This document shows positions 19,237 through 28,797 of a stretch of 64,000 nucleotides of DNA, in pieces. The stretch covers positions 44,324 to 108,323 of the forward strand of contig CAZQLH010000002.1 of assembly GCA_964594155.1 (NCBI GenBank), given 5' to 3'. Source of the stretch: an uncultured Candidatus Saccharibacteria bacterium. GTDB taxonomy: Bacteria; Patescibacteriota; Minisyncoccia; Portnoybacterales; UBA2143. Position 1 is the first letter of the stretch. Every line of letters begins with the position of its first letter. The notes under the pieces were generated by a model. That model did not search any database and was not told the DNA's origin. It saw only the letters and a program-made list of their open reading frames with translations. The translations under genes were made by a program, and so were the position numbers.

Positions 19237-20949
19237 ATGAAAAAGATTATAATAACTATTCTTTTAATAATTCTTGTTTGTCTTATTTATCTAACCATAA
19301 CCCTTCAAATAGTTAATAGCCAAAAGATTGTCTGGGGCGTTAAAATAGCTGATTTTAGATTAAATGAACGCGGTTTTCCTTCTGCTCAAAGCGCGATTGA
19401 AGACAAATGGAATGATTTTGCCAGTCAAGAAATAACTTTTGTTTATCAAAATAAAACTTGGTCTGTTAAATTAGCTGATTTAGGATTTCAAATTGATTCC
19501 CAGTCAACTTTAAGACAAGCATACCAGATTGGCCGCCAATCAAATATCTTAATTAATTTAAGCAGCCAGATAGCTGCTTTAGCTGGGAAATATAATCTTG
19601 AGCCAGTTTATGAAATAAATAAGTCAGAATTTCAGGATAAAACCACTGAACTTTTTAAAAACATTGAAAAACCAGCCCAAAACGCTTCTTTGGTTTTTAA
19701 CAAAGAAATTAATGATTTTTCTCTCAAGCATTCATCAAAAGGAAACATTATTAACAGAAGCCAACTATTAGCTGACTTATCAAAAAACATTAAATCTTTT
19801 TCTAATGAATCAGTTAACTTGCAATTAATTCTTGATCGGCCTTTAGTAGAAAACAATGAAGTGGATTCTGCTCAAGAAAAAGCTCAACAGATTTTAGCTA
19901 ATCAGCCCTATCAACTAACTTTTGAATCTGCCCGGGCTGACTATCTTAATAAAAAAAGATACTGGACTATTAATAAAGAAACAATAATTGACTGGCTTAA
20001 ATTTGAACCAGTCAAAGAAAAAAATTCAGATAATAAAATTCTTGGTGTTTCTTTAGACAATGATAAGGTTGAAGAATATCTGAATAAAATTGCTTTATTT
20101 ATTGACCAGCCGCCAATTAACGCTCAATTAAAAACAGAAGGCAATAAAGCGATTGTTTTTATTCCGTCTGAAAATGGCTTTGAGGTTAAAAAAAAACAAA
20201 CCATTGAAAAAATATCTGAAAATATTTTAGCTGATTTGCCAATTAAAAAAACAGTTATTATTGCTGATAAGGCCCTTGCTAAAATATCTTTAAGCCAGAC
20301 CAATAAATTAGGCATTAACACTGTTATTGGCCAAGGAATTTCTAATTTTGCCGGTTCGCCTAAAAACAGAATTCATAACATTAAAACAGGAGCTGCTAAA
20401 TTAAATGGCTTGATTTTAAATCCAGGAGAAGAATTCTCTTTTAATGCTCTTTTAGGAGAAAGCGGGCCAGAACAAGGGTTCTTGCCAGAATTGGTTATTA
20501 AAAAGAATAAAACTATTCCTGAATACGGCGGCGGGCTTTGTCAGGTCTCAACCACTATTTTTAGATCAGCAGTTAATTCTGGATTGGAAATAACTCAACG
20601 AACATCTCATTCTTTTCCAGTAGAGTATTATAACCCTCAGGGATTTGACGCTACGGTTTATGATCCTTATCCTGACCTTCGCTTTATTAACAATACTCCT
20701 AATCACCTTTTGATTGAATCATTTACCCAGGGAACATATCTGACTTTTAATTTTTATGGCGCTAATGATGGTCGGGAAATTAAAATCAAAGGCCCTTATG
20801 TTTTAGAAAAAAATGAAGACGGTTCTATGAAAACCGTTCTAACCCAAGAAATCTATCAAGACGGCGAATTAATAAATAAGCAAGTATTTTCTTCTAATTA
20901 TAAGTCCCCTGACCTCTATCCAATAGAAAATGGAGAAAATGAAGAATAA
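19237..20949 (+). CDS. VanW-family protein with peptidoglycan-binding region
   Basis: PGEEFSFN, GGGLCQVSTT, GFDATVY, DLRFINN. Confidence 0.9.
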   Translation: MKKIIITILLIILVCLIYLTITLQIVNSQKIVWGVKIADFRLNERGFPSAQSAIEDKWNDFASQEITFVYQNKTWSVKLADLGFQIDSQSTLRQAYQIGRQSNILINLSSQIAALAGKYNLEPVYEINKSEFQDKTTELFKNIEKPAQNASLVFNKEINDFSLKHSSKGNIINRSQLLADLSKNIKSFSNESVNLQLILDRPLVENNEVDSAQEKAQQILANQPYQLTFESARADYLNKKRYWTINKETIIDWLKFEPVKEKNSDNKILGVSLDNDKVEEYLNKIALFIDQPPINAQLKTEGNKAIVFIPSENGFEVKKKQTIEKISENILADLPIKKTVIIADKALAKISLSQTNKLGINTVIGQGISNFAGSPKNRIHNIKTGAAKLNGLILNPGEEFSFNALLGESGPEQGFLPELVIKKNKTIPEYGGGLCQVSTTIFRSAVNSGLEITQRTSHSFPVEYYNPQGFDATVYDPYPDLRFINNTPNHLLIESFTQGTYLTFNFYGANDGREIKIKGPYVLEKNEDGSMKTVLTQEIYQDGELINKQVFSSNYKSPDLYPIENGENEE

Positions 20950-20962
20950 TCTCTCCCTATTT

Positions 20963-21736
20963 TTAATAGAGAACTTTTACTGGAATAAATTTTGTTTTAA
21001 CTTTAAATTGTTTTTCTAATTTCTTAGCTAAAGCTTGAACCCCAAAAACTTCTGTAGCATAATGCCCTCCTGCCACATAATTAAATTTCATCTCTTTAAC
21101 TGTTTGAGGAACATGTTCAGAGATTTCACCGGTTAGATACAAATCAACTTTTTCTTGAGATAATTGCATTAAAAAAGATGACTTGGAAGCGCCCCCGCTA
21201 ATTACAGCAATTGTCTTAATATTTTTTTTGCCATATAAAGACACTTCTGGTTTTTGTTTTAAAATCTTTGTTATTTTTCTAATTAATTCTTCTCTTGAAA
21301 TACTTTTTGGAAATACGCCAATAAAAAACACGCCTTTTAAGCCAGCGTATTCTCCAGCTTGGCGTTTAAAATCAGCGCCGAGTTTTTTTAATATTAAAAT
21401 GTTATTGCCAACTTCTTCATGAAAATCTAATGGCAAATGATAACAAAGCAAAGAAATATTTTTTTCCATAAGAAATTTTATCCGATCTTTGTTAATGCCA
21501 ATAATTCCATTATTTAACGCATCTTTGCGTAAAATCGCATGATGAGTAATAATCATATCTGCTTTCCATTGAGCAGCTTTTTTAAAAAGCTCCATATTAG
21601 GCGAAACACCAAATGCAATTTTCTCAACCCTATCCTTTCCTTCAATATTTAAACCGTTAATTGTTGTATCATTAGAAAAATCACTAACTTTTAAATAGTG
21701 ATTAAGAAATTTTTCAATATCTTTTAATTTTGTCAT
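20963..21736 (-). CDS. Nif3-like dinuclear metal centre protein
   Basis: NGLNIEG, ITHH, YHLPLDFH, GHYATE. Confidence 0.9.
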   Translation of the reverse strand: MTKLKDIEKFLNHYLKVSDFSNDTTINGLNIEGKDRVEKIAFGVSPNMELFKKAAQWKADMIITHHAILRKDALNNGIIGINKDRIKFLMEKNISLLCYHLPLDFHEEVGNNILILKKLGADFKRQAGEYAGLKGVFFIGVFPKSISREELIRKITKILKQKPEVSLYGKKNIKTIAVISGGASKSSFLMQLSQEKVDLYLTGEISEHVPQTVKEMKFNYVAGGHYATEVFGVQALAKKLEKQFKVKTKFIPVKVLY

Positions 21737-21826
21737 ATTTTAATAATAAGTTATTAAATCTAAAAAATCAATAAAAATAGGGGGCTTGTTTATTAAGCCC
21801 CCTATAATAGCTAACGTCTTATGACG

Positions 21827-23233
21827 CTAAAGCTTTTTGACCAACCAGTGTTTTGGATCCCAGATATTAGGATCAAAATTATACTGGTTGATTCTCGGCA
21901 ATCTGAGATTGATTGACGGATAAATCACAAAATCCAGTTTATCAGCGCCAAATACATGCTTAATCAGAGAAAAAAGACGATCATTCCGAATCTGATGCAT
22001 GTATGAATCCGGACCTTCAAGAAGATATTTATGCATATACCTGCCGCTAAGATGGTATGATTTCCCGTTTTTGGATGTTAATAATCCAATTAATACAATG
22101 AAAAAATGGGAATCCAAAACCAATCTGACTTTTCGGCTAATTTTATGTCCAGGATTATCCTGAATCTGAGCCAACTCGGAAAAAGTCTGAAAAGCGTTTT
22201 CAGGAGCGTCAATCAGCTTAAACTCGACTTCTTTAAAAGAAGAACTGGTGTATGTTGCAATGCCTTTGTAGATTTCTCTCAGCCGATATGTTAATCCTTT
22301 TTCGTCTATTAAACGGTAATATCTTTCCGGATCTTTCTCAGCAATAATCCCAAGGATTTCCAGTATTTTATCTTTTCCTATTCTATCCAGCAGAAACTTA
22401 CTGGAAAGAATGCAATTTGAAAAAATACTCCTTGTTGCTGTCACATGAAAATTAAAGGGAGATGACGATTCCTGGGCCAAATCGCGAAAGTCGCCAAAAT
22501 CAATCTGATTCAACGCTTTGGAATCCCATTCCGCATAAGGACCCCAAATTTCATCAGATGATTTAGGAGATATTCTTTTGTCATTAAACATCCCTACATT
22601 GTCTGATTTCTCCTTAAACTCATGCAAGATAACCGGAACGCCTGTTGCTGACGGAACCAACATAACTGGAGAATCCCAAGTGCCAATATGGCCAGACCTG
22701 ACAATTCCTTTTTCAATAGCTGCGCTGAAAGACCCCATGTTTTTGCCGTCCTTTACTGAAAAATCATAAGATGATTTTCTATTTGGATCTATCCCGTAAG
22801 GCCAGAAAAAATAATTGCCTGATCTATCGCGCCAATTTTGCCCATGAATGATCCATGACCCGATGATGTTATTAGCAACTGACAAAGATTTACGCTCCTT
22901 AAACCTATGTCTTTTGTTGTTTCTGGAAACAGGGATAACACACATCTCGCCATCGCAAACATGCTTAAGGCTAAAACTTTCCGCGTCTTCTAAAAACAAT
23001 CCTTCCTTAACGCCAATCTTTAGAACAAATTCCCGCTCTTCTCCAGTGTTATTAAGTATAACCTTGCCTATACAAACTCCTTCTTTCCATTGCCCGAAAT
23101 CTCTAACATTGAAACATGGAGAAATCCTAGGATGAGCAATTTGCCTTAAAACTTCTTCAGCAAATCCTCCTGGCATTGCGGAAATAACATTGATAATTTG
23201 TTCTCCTGGAATCAATCCTCCTTTTGCTTTCAT
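21827..23233 (-). CDS. Hypothetical protein (468 aa, no recognised motif)
   Basis: Long ORF with a strong AGGAGGT RBS. Confidence 0.75.
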   Translation of the reverse strand: MKAKGGLIPGEQIINVISAMPGGFAEEVLRQIAHPRISPCFNVRDFGQWKEGVCIGKVILNNTGEEREFVLKIGVKEGLFLEDAESFSLKHVCDGEMCVIPVSRNNKRHRFKERKSLSVANNIIGSWIIHGQNWRDRSGNYFFWPYGIDPNRKSSYDFSVKDGKNMGSFSAAIEKGIVRSGHIGTWDSPVMLVPSATGVPVILHEFKEKSDNVGMFNDKRISPKSSDEIWGPYAEWDSKALNQIDFGDFRDLAQESSSPFNFHVTATRSIFSNCILSSKFLLDRIGKDKILEILGIIAEKDPERYYRLIDEKGLTYRLREIYKGIATYTSSSFKEVEFKLIDAPENAFQTFSELAQIQDNPGHKISRKVRLVLDSHFFIVLIGLLTSKNGKSYHLSGRYMHKYLLEGPDSYMHQIRNDRLFSLIKHVFGADKLDFVIYPSINLRLPRINQYNFDPNIWDPKHWLVKKL

Positions 23234-23280
23234 AATACCTCCTTTTTGTAATAAGATTTTAAAGAGCTATATTTCTAAAA

Positions 23281-23382
23281 CAAAAAACCGGCCTAATCAG
23301 ACCGACTTTGATTTAATGAAAATGTTTTCTGTGCTAAGTTATTCTAATTTCCCCTAAATCAAAACCGGTCTGGCTAAACCAG
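23281..23382 (-). terminator. Long leader hairpin plus U-tract (putative attenuator)
   Basis: Arms 23355-23382 and 23287-23315 pair (about 28 bp with G-U pairs) and are followed by TTTTTT on the - strand. Confidence 0.6.
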
Positions 23383-23429
23383 ATAAAAGCAATTACTAAC
23401 AAATAATAGGCTTTGATTAAAGTATCCAT
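23334..23429 (-). CDS. Putative 31-aa leader peptide MDTLIKAYYLLVIAFIWFSQTGFDLGEIRIT
   Basis: ATG just downstream of a TTGACA-17-TAAGAT promoter; ORF covers the 5' arm of the hairpin. Confidence 0.45.
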   Translation of the reverse strand: MDTLIKAYYLLVIAFIWFSQTGFDLGEIRIT

Positions 23430-23440
23430 AATATAGGTTA

Positions 23441-23469
23441 ATCTTAATAAATTACTCATTAACTGTCAA
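23441..23469 (-). promoter_or_regulatory. Sigma70-type promoter
   Basis: TTGACA-17 bp-TAAGAT on the - strand. Confidence 0.6.
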
Positions 23470-23490
23470 ATTATTTTATCCACAGTATAT

Positions 23491-23577
23491 TGGTGCGGAC
23501 GGTGGGAGTTGAACCCACACGAGATTACTCTCACTAGGTCCTAAACCTAGCGCGTCTGCCAATTCCGCCACGTCCGC
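23491..23577 (-). tRNA. tRNA-Leu(TAG)
   Basis: Reverse complement: GCGGACG/CGTCCGC, CTAGG-TTTAGGA-CCTAG, long variable arm, CCA. Confidence 0.95.
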
Positions 23578-23617
23578 ATACTATATTCTAAACATTTTTT
23601 TAATCATTAGTCAACTA

Positions 23618-23646
23618 TTGACTTTTCTGTTTTATTGATATATAAT
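23618..23646 (+). promoter_or_regulatory. Sigma70-type promoter
   Basis: TTGACT-17 bp-TATAAT. Confidence 0.65.
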
Positions 23647-23735
23647 ATAGATAATAAATTAGGAAAAAGGAGGGACTTAATTTAAAGTTCCTTGAAAATT
23701 TAATAAATTACTGAAATGCAGAAAAGGAGGAAAAA

Positions 23736-24710
23736 ATGTCGCAAAAACTGAAAAATTTTTGGCAAAGAGAAAAAAGGTTTACCTTAATTACACTTAACAC
23801 AGTCGGCTTGATTTATATTTTCATTCGTCTTATTCAATTCTCTACAACGACAAAATTACTTCTTGGATTTGTCGCGCTTCTTCTTTTAATTGCCTTAATA
23901 GGCGGAACAACAGTTATTGGCACAAAAAAGAAAGCAAAAGAAGATGATGAAGAAGAAAAGAAAATTAAAGGAGATCAACTTTTAGCCGGTATTTTAAGAA
24001 ACACACCAGCTAATATGATTTGGGTTACGCGAAGATCTGTATTTGGTTCAGATATTGAATCTCAAGATCTTGAAGGTTATCGCGCTCAAAAAGAAGGATG
24101 GGGTTATTATGTCCCTTATTACCATGAAGATCTTGGTTTTGTTGACTTATCACCAATACCAAGAGATCCAGAATCAATTACTGTTAACACCAGTGATAAT
24201 CAGACAGCAATTGTTGACTGGCGAATTGAAACATTTGTTCCTGACGATAACAGCGCTATTATATTAGCTACCAAAGTTGATGGTAATAGAGAAGAATTTG
24301 AAGACAAAAAAGCAATTGTCATCCTTAATCAAATTTGCTCAGAAAAAACACAAGACGACCTTACTAGACTTGATCCAGGCGAACTTAAGCAAATAGGAGA
24401 TGATACGAAAGATAGATTTAATAATGAAATGAAAGATCTAGGAATTCGAGCTCGGGCTTTGGAAATTAAAAAAATCCTAATGCCTGAAGAAATTAGAGCT
24501 GCTGCTGAATACAAAACAGTAACTGAAATAAGAAAAAAAGTGGCAGCAATTAAGGCAGAAGAATTAGAAACAATTATTAATGCCACAAAAGCCAATGCAA
24601 CTAAAGTTGTTGTGACAGAAATGGTTCGTGACATGCTAACCAACATAGCAGATGTATTTGTTAACGCACTCAGAACACATCAAGAGACAAAGGAGGACAA
24701 AGATGAATAG
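23736..24710 (+). CDS. SPFH/band 7-like membrane protein
   Basis: Two N-terminal TM helices, EGWGYYVP, ITVNTSDNQ, GIR..LEIKKI.MPEEI, coiled tail. Confidence 0.65.
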   Translation: MSQKLKNFWQREKRFTLITLNTVGLIYIFIRLIQFSTTTKLLLGFVALLLLIALIGGTTVIGTKKKAKEDDEEEKKIKGDQLLAGILRNTPANMIWVTRRSVFGSDIESQDLEGYRAQKEGWGYYVPYYHEDLGFVDLSPIPRDPESITVNTSDNQTAIVDWRIETFVPDDNSAIILATKVDGNREEFEDKKAIVILNQICSEKTQDDLTRLDPGELKQIGDDTKDRFNNEMKDLGIRARALEIKKILMPEEIRAAAEYKTVTEIRKKVAAIKAEELETIINATKANATKVVVTEMVRDMLTNIADVFVNALRTHQETKEDKDE

Positions 24711-25686
24711 ATTAAAGATGAATAGATATAGAATTATATTTATCACGTCAATAATCCTGTTCGTTATATTAAGTATTGTTTCCTCTATAATAGGAACAGG
24801 GCTATTTCAAAGCTTTCTCATTTTAACAGCTTTAATACTCCTCTTATTTGTTTCCATAGGAGGAATAGCTATTCTAGGCCATCAAAAATTCTGGTGGGAC
24901 TATTTCAAACCTTTGGCTGCCCTTCCGATTGCCTGGGGATTACTTCATTTAGGTTTTGCTCTTCTATTCCCGGACACCTCTAAAGAAATTTGGGCTGTTC
25001 ATTGGAAAATCTTATTAGTAATTGAACTTTCTGTTTTTGTTTTAAATTCAATTGTTAATAAAAACACTGCTTTTGAAAAAAGAGCATCGCAGAAACTCTT
25101 AGTAGCTTCTTACGTCTTATTCTTCATTGTTTCTGGAACTATGATTACCTATCGGTTATTCTGGGGAGAATCTGCAGTCAATCTTGATAAAACCATCTCA
25201 TCCAGACTTATAACTTCAAAAGTAGAGTTGATCGCAGGAAACATTGAAAAACTTACCAATGACCAAAAAACAAAACCTCTGTTAGATGAATTAAAGCAGT
25301 TAAACAAAGAAGTGGAAAAAAGACTTCTTACTGAAGCTGAATTAGAAAAGAAGGAAGAATTAATAACAAAAATTAAGGAACAATATGAAACAAACGCTAA
25401 TTCTACTGATCCTCCAGCTACAGAAGAAACTCCTATTTCATCCCGCCCTGGCACTATTACAGTACCCTCTGGATGGGGTCTGTATAAAACAGATGTCTTT
25501 ATTAACAAGGGCGAACGAATATGGCTAGATGCTAATCCATCAGCAATTCTATTGGATTGCAAAACAGGAAGGAAAATAGAAATTACTTGGGAAGGTATCC
25601 TTTTATCTCCTACAAGAAAAGAAGGAAAACTTTTCTTTGTAAAACAATCAAAATCCAGTTCGGTAAATTATCGAATAGGAATTTGA
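24703..25686 (+). CDS. Hypothetical multi-pass membrane protein with coiled coil and soluble C-terminal domain
   Basis: AGGAGG before ATG 24703, overlapping the upstream stop; about 5 TM helices. Confidence 0.7.
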   Translation: MNRLKMNRYRIIFITSIILFVILSIVSSIIGTGLFQSFLILTALILLLFVSIGGIAILGHQKFWWDYFKPLAALPIAWGLLHLGFALLFPDTSKEIWAVHWKILLVIELSVFVLNSIVNKNTAFEKRASQKLLVASYVLFFIVSGTMITYRLFWGESAVNLDKTISSRLITSKVELIAGNIEKLTNDQKTKPLLDELKQLNKEVEKRLLTEAELEKKEELITKIKEQYETNANSTDPPATEETPISSRPGTITVPSGWGLYKTDVFINKGERIWLDANPSAILLDCKTGRKIEITWEGILLSPTRKEGKLFFVKQSKSSSVNYRIGI

Positions 25687-25710
25687 AAAGTAGGAGGGAA
25701 AACAACAAAA

Positions 25711-25757
25711 AAAGCCAGACAGGGCAAAGCATAAAACGCTTTCTCTCCTGGCTTTTT
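25711..25757 (+). terminator. Intrinsic terminator
   Basis: AAAGCCAG...CTGGCTTTTT. Confidence 0.55.
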
Positions 25758-25816
25758 ATATTTCCAAAAAATAACGTTAATTAATAACAATTAATATTAT
25801 TTGACTATAGTTCACA

Positions 25817-26158
25817 CTATCCCGTTACTAAAGTTTTCACTATAGCTACTAATCCTTTAGCTAAAACAGCTACACCAACACCAACTAAAGCATATATTAA
25901 AGTTTTTCTAGCATTATCTAGTTTATCTGAATCTCCAGCAGCTGTCATCCAACCAAAACCAGCATAAATAATCATAAACGCGGCTACTGCTATAAGAATA
26001 GCAAATGCCCAATCTACTATTTTATCTATAATATCAATCAAACCTTCTATATTCGTAGGCCCTGTAGGTGCTGTGTCTACTCTAGCAACAACAGGCAAAA
26101 CAAAAACTCCAAAAACCAATACTAAAGACAAAATCCAAACAATTCTATTTTTCATCAA
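25817..26158 (-). CDS. TrbC/VirB2-like pilin
   Basis: Signal peptide; IIYAGF.WMTAAGD...A.KTL.YALVG pattern. Confidence 0.8.
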   Translation of the reverse strand: MMKNRIVWILSLVLVFGVFVLPVVARVDTAPTGPTNIEGLIDIIDKIVDWAFAILIAVAAFMIIYAGFGWMTAAGDSDKLDNARKTLIYALVGVGVAVLAKGLVAIVKTLVTG

Positions 26159-26184
26159 TTTTCACCCCCTTTCATTTTAATAAC

Positions 26185-26553
26185 TTATTTAACTCCAAGA
26201 AGTTCTTTTAGCATATAAACAAAACCCTCGCCTATCACTAATATTAATAATCCAACTAAAGCATATGTTAAAGTCTTTTTAGCTTTAGTAATTTCTTCAT
26301 CTCTGCCAGCAGAAAACATATATAAAAAACCAGCATAAATAATCATAAGCACAGCTACTGCTTCGCCAACTCTAATAAGCCATCCAATAATATTTTTAAC
26401 TAATGTTGTAAAATCTTTTGCATTGAGCGGATTTTGTAATGTTCCAGACCATCCTCCTGCTCCTGTTCCATTAGTAGCCAAAACAAAAACTGGCAAGCAT
26501 AATGATATCAACATGATAACCAAAGAAATTTTTTTAAAATTATTTTTATTCAT
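26185..26553 (-). CDS. TrbC/VirB2-like pilin
   Basis: LQNPL; IIYAGFLYMFSAG...AKKTLTYALVG. Confidence 0.8.
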   Translation of the reverse strand: MNKNNFKKISLVIMLISLCLPVFVLATNGTGAGGWSGTLQNPLNAKDFTTLVKNIIGWLIRVGEAVAVLMIIYAGFLYMFSAGRDEEITKAKKTLTYALVGLLILVIGEGFVYMLKELLGVK

Positions 26554-26555
26554 AT

Positions 26556-26963
26556 TTATTTACAAATAGGAAATTTATTCCAAGCCCCGCTAAATGTTCC
26601 TACAGCAATAGTTTTAAGCAATGTATCAATTAAAAGCCAACTACAGAAAATAATGACTAACCCAGTAACTGTATTAGTAAAAATACTTCTAGCCAAATCA
26701 ACTCTGTCCTGACTGCCGCCAGAAGTCAATAAAATAACACCAGATGCAGCAAATAAAAGCGCGCCTATTGGAATAGCTAAATTAAAACTAATAAAATTAA
26801 TGACATTACTAGCTAAATGCCATAAATCACAAAGATCACAAGGATTTTTTTCACTACCACAAGGAACAAGCGGATCTGTAACAATGCCAGCCAAAGCCAA
26901 ATTAGCGCTAAATAATCCAATTAATAATAAGGAACTAATTATAATTTTTTGATAAAATTTCAT
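26556..26963 (-). CDS. Pilin-like protein with Cys-rich N-terminus
   Basis: LVPCG..C..CD; TSGGS...AR.IFTN..TG. Confidence 0.75.
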   Translation of the reverse strand: MKFYQKIIISSLLLIGLFSANLALAGIVTDPLVPCGSEKNPCDLCDLWHLASNVINFISFNLAIPIGALLFAASGVILLTSGGSQDRVDLARSIFTNTVTGLVIIFCSWLLIDTLLKTIAVGTFSGAWNKFPICK

Positions 26964-28246
26964 AAACCATTAATATCATTGACTGCCTTGTTAATAGCAT
27001 CTTTAATAGTTGACTGTCCTAATACTACTGATTCTATCATATCTGCTAAAACAGTTTCAATAGATAAGTTATCCACTTGAGGCCAGGAATAAGCAGTAAG
27101 AGATTGCTGGGCGAAAACGCCTAAATCTGGATCATCTTTTTGTGAAAAGATTAAATCACGGCGAGCAGTTGGTTTCTTAGTTAATTCTAAGTATTTTTGA
27201 GCATTTTCCTTTTGCGTCAGCCAAACAATGAATTGCCAGGCTTCATTAATATCTTCAGTATTATGAGATACAGTTATTCCCCAATAATTAGCGTAATTAA
27301 CATCTTTTTCTGAAGATTTAATTTGAGGCATTGGCGCAACGCCAAAATTCAAATATGGCGATTTAGCTCTGATAGTTGGCAAATGATAAGAATAATTAAA
27401 CATCATGGCTACTTTTCCTTTGTAAAACGCATCAATTGAATAATCCATTCTTGTGTTCCAAGTATAAACTGACTTTAAAGGATTTGTAAAATCAGTGTAA
27501 AATTCTAAAGCTCTTTCACCAGGATTAAAGCTTTGGCCATTTAAACTAACTATTTGATTAAAAGCCGCCTTATTTGTCTGTTCATTAACCATTTGAGCGC
27601 CTGATTGAATCATTAAAAGAGATACAATATCAGTTGAACGGTTAATATTTCTTGGAGCGCCTAAAGCAGCTCCAGCTCGCTCAATATTCCCCCGATCATC
27701 TTGAATAGTAATTTTTTCTACAACAGCTAAAAATTCTTCCCAAGTTTGAGGCGGTTGAGGAATGCCATTTGTATTAAAAATGTCTTTGTTGTAATAAAGA
27801 GCTAAAGTATCAACACTTAAAGGAAGAGCGGCAATATAGTTATCAATGACAAAATCATTAACAACTACATCAACAAAATTATCTTGAAATTCTTTTAAAG
27901 TAAGCAAATTTGAGGGAACTCCCCAAATCTTATCTTCATAACGACTTGGCCAAGTATGATGAATCATAAAAATATCTGGGCCCCGTCCAGTAGCCATAGC
28001 TTCTAATAGATCTTTTTCATAGGTCTGGCTGTTTTTTTTGCGGTAATTAATTGTAATATTAGAATAGGTTTCATTAAAATCTGCTATTAATGTTTGAAAA
28101 ACATCTGAATCGTCAAAAACACCCCAGAATTCCAGTTCTACTTTTTTAAGAGAAACTGGCTTGCGGCCGAACAGGAATATTAAAATGCCCCCTATTATCA
28201 GGATTGCAACAGCAGCAATAATAATGATTTTTTTTCTATCAAGCAT
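26960..28246 (-). CDS. Extracellular solute-binding protein (sugar-type)
   Basis: N-terminal TM helix; GPDIF, LALYYNKDIF, PPQTWEE, AFYKGKVAM. Confidence 0.88.
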   Translation of the reverse strand: MLDRKKIIIIAAVAILIIGGILIFLFGRKPVSLKKVELEFWGVFDDSDVFQTLIADFNETYSNITINYRKKNSQTYEKDLLEAMATGRGPDIFMIHHTWPSRYEDKIWGVPSNLLTLKEFQDNFVDVVVNDFVIDNYIAALPLSVDTLALYYNKDIFNTNGIPQPPQTWEEFLAVVEKITIQDDRGNIERAGAALGAPRNINRSTDIVSLLMIQSGAQMVNEQTNKAAFNQIVSLNGQSFNPGERALEFYTDFTNPLKSVYTWNTRMDYSIDAFYKGKVAMMFNYSYHLPTIRAKSPYLNFGVAPMPQIKSSEKDVNYANYWGITVSHNTEDINEAWQFIVWLTQKENAQKYLELTKKPTARRDLIFSQKDDPDLGVFAQQSLTAYSWPQVDNLSIETVLADMIESVVLGQSTIKDAINKAVNDINGL

Positions 28247-28248
28247 AA

Positions 28249-28785
28249 CTATTTCATGAAAACTATCCCGTAATGCTGTTTATCTATCTTAAGTTCTTTG
28301 TCAAAAACCATTTTTTCATCTTCAACAATCTTCCTGGCTTCTTCTTTTGAAATTGTCCATCCTTTTTTAGGAGCTAAAGATGAATCAGGAATCCAATCGA
28401 TTAAAATCATTTGTCCTTGTTTTTTCAAAACTCGTTTAGCTTCTTTAATAATCTCTCTTTTCTTTTCTGTTTGGAATAAAATATTAGCTAAAACAACTAA
28501 ATCCATTGAATTATCAGGCAGTTTGGAACCATTGAGAGTCTCAAGATTACAATGGATAGCTTTAATATTATCAACCTTGTCTAATTCAGCCTGGCTTTTG
28601 ACTGCTTCTAAGGCTGATTTTTGCACATCTAAGATATATATTTTTCCCTGGTTAGCCATTTTTGCCAAAGGAATGCTGAAATAACCATGACCACAGCCAA
28701 AATCAGCCGCTTGCATGTTATCGCGGATATCTAACTGCTTTAAAATTGCTTCTGGGTCAAGAAACCCGCCAGTATGCTCAATCAT
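28249..28785 (-). CDS. Class I SAM-dependent methyltransferase
   Basis: ADFGCGHGYF; RVLK..G..ILIDW. Confidence 0.88.
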   Translation of the reverse strand: MIEHTGGFLDPEAILKQLDIRDNMQAADFGCGHGYFSIPLAKMANQGKIYILDVQKSALEAVKSQAELDKVDNIKAIHCNLETLNGSKLPDNSMDLVVLANILFQTEKKREIIKEAKRVLKKQGQMILIDWIPDSSLAPKKGWTISKEEARKIVEDEKMVFDKELKIDKQHYGIVFMK

Positions 28786-28797
28786 AAAATTTTAAAT

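Noticed and set aside
25817-26963. Three VirB2-like pilins as a conjugative element
   Set aside because: No relaxase, VirB4 or coupling protein nearby; tandem pilin-like genes are usual in CPR chromosomes
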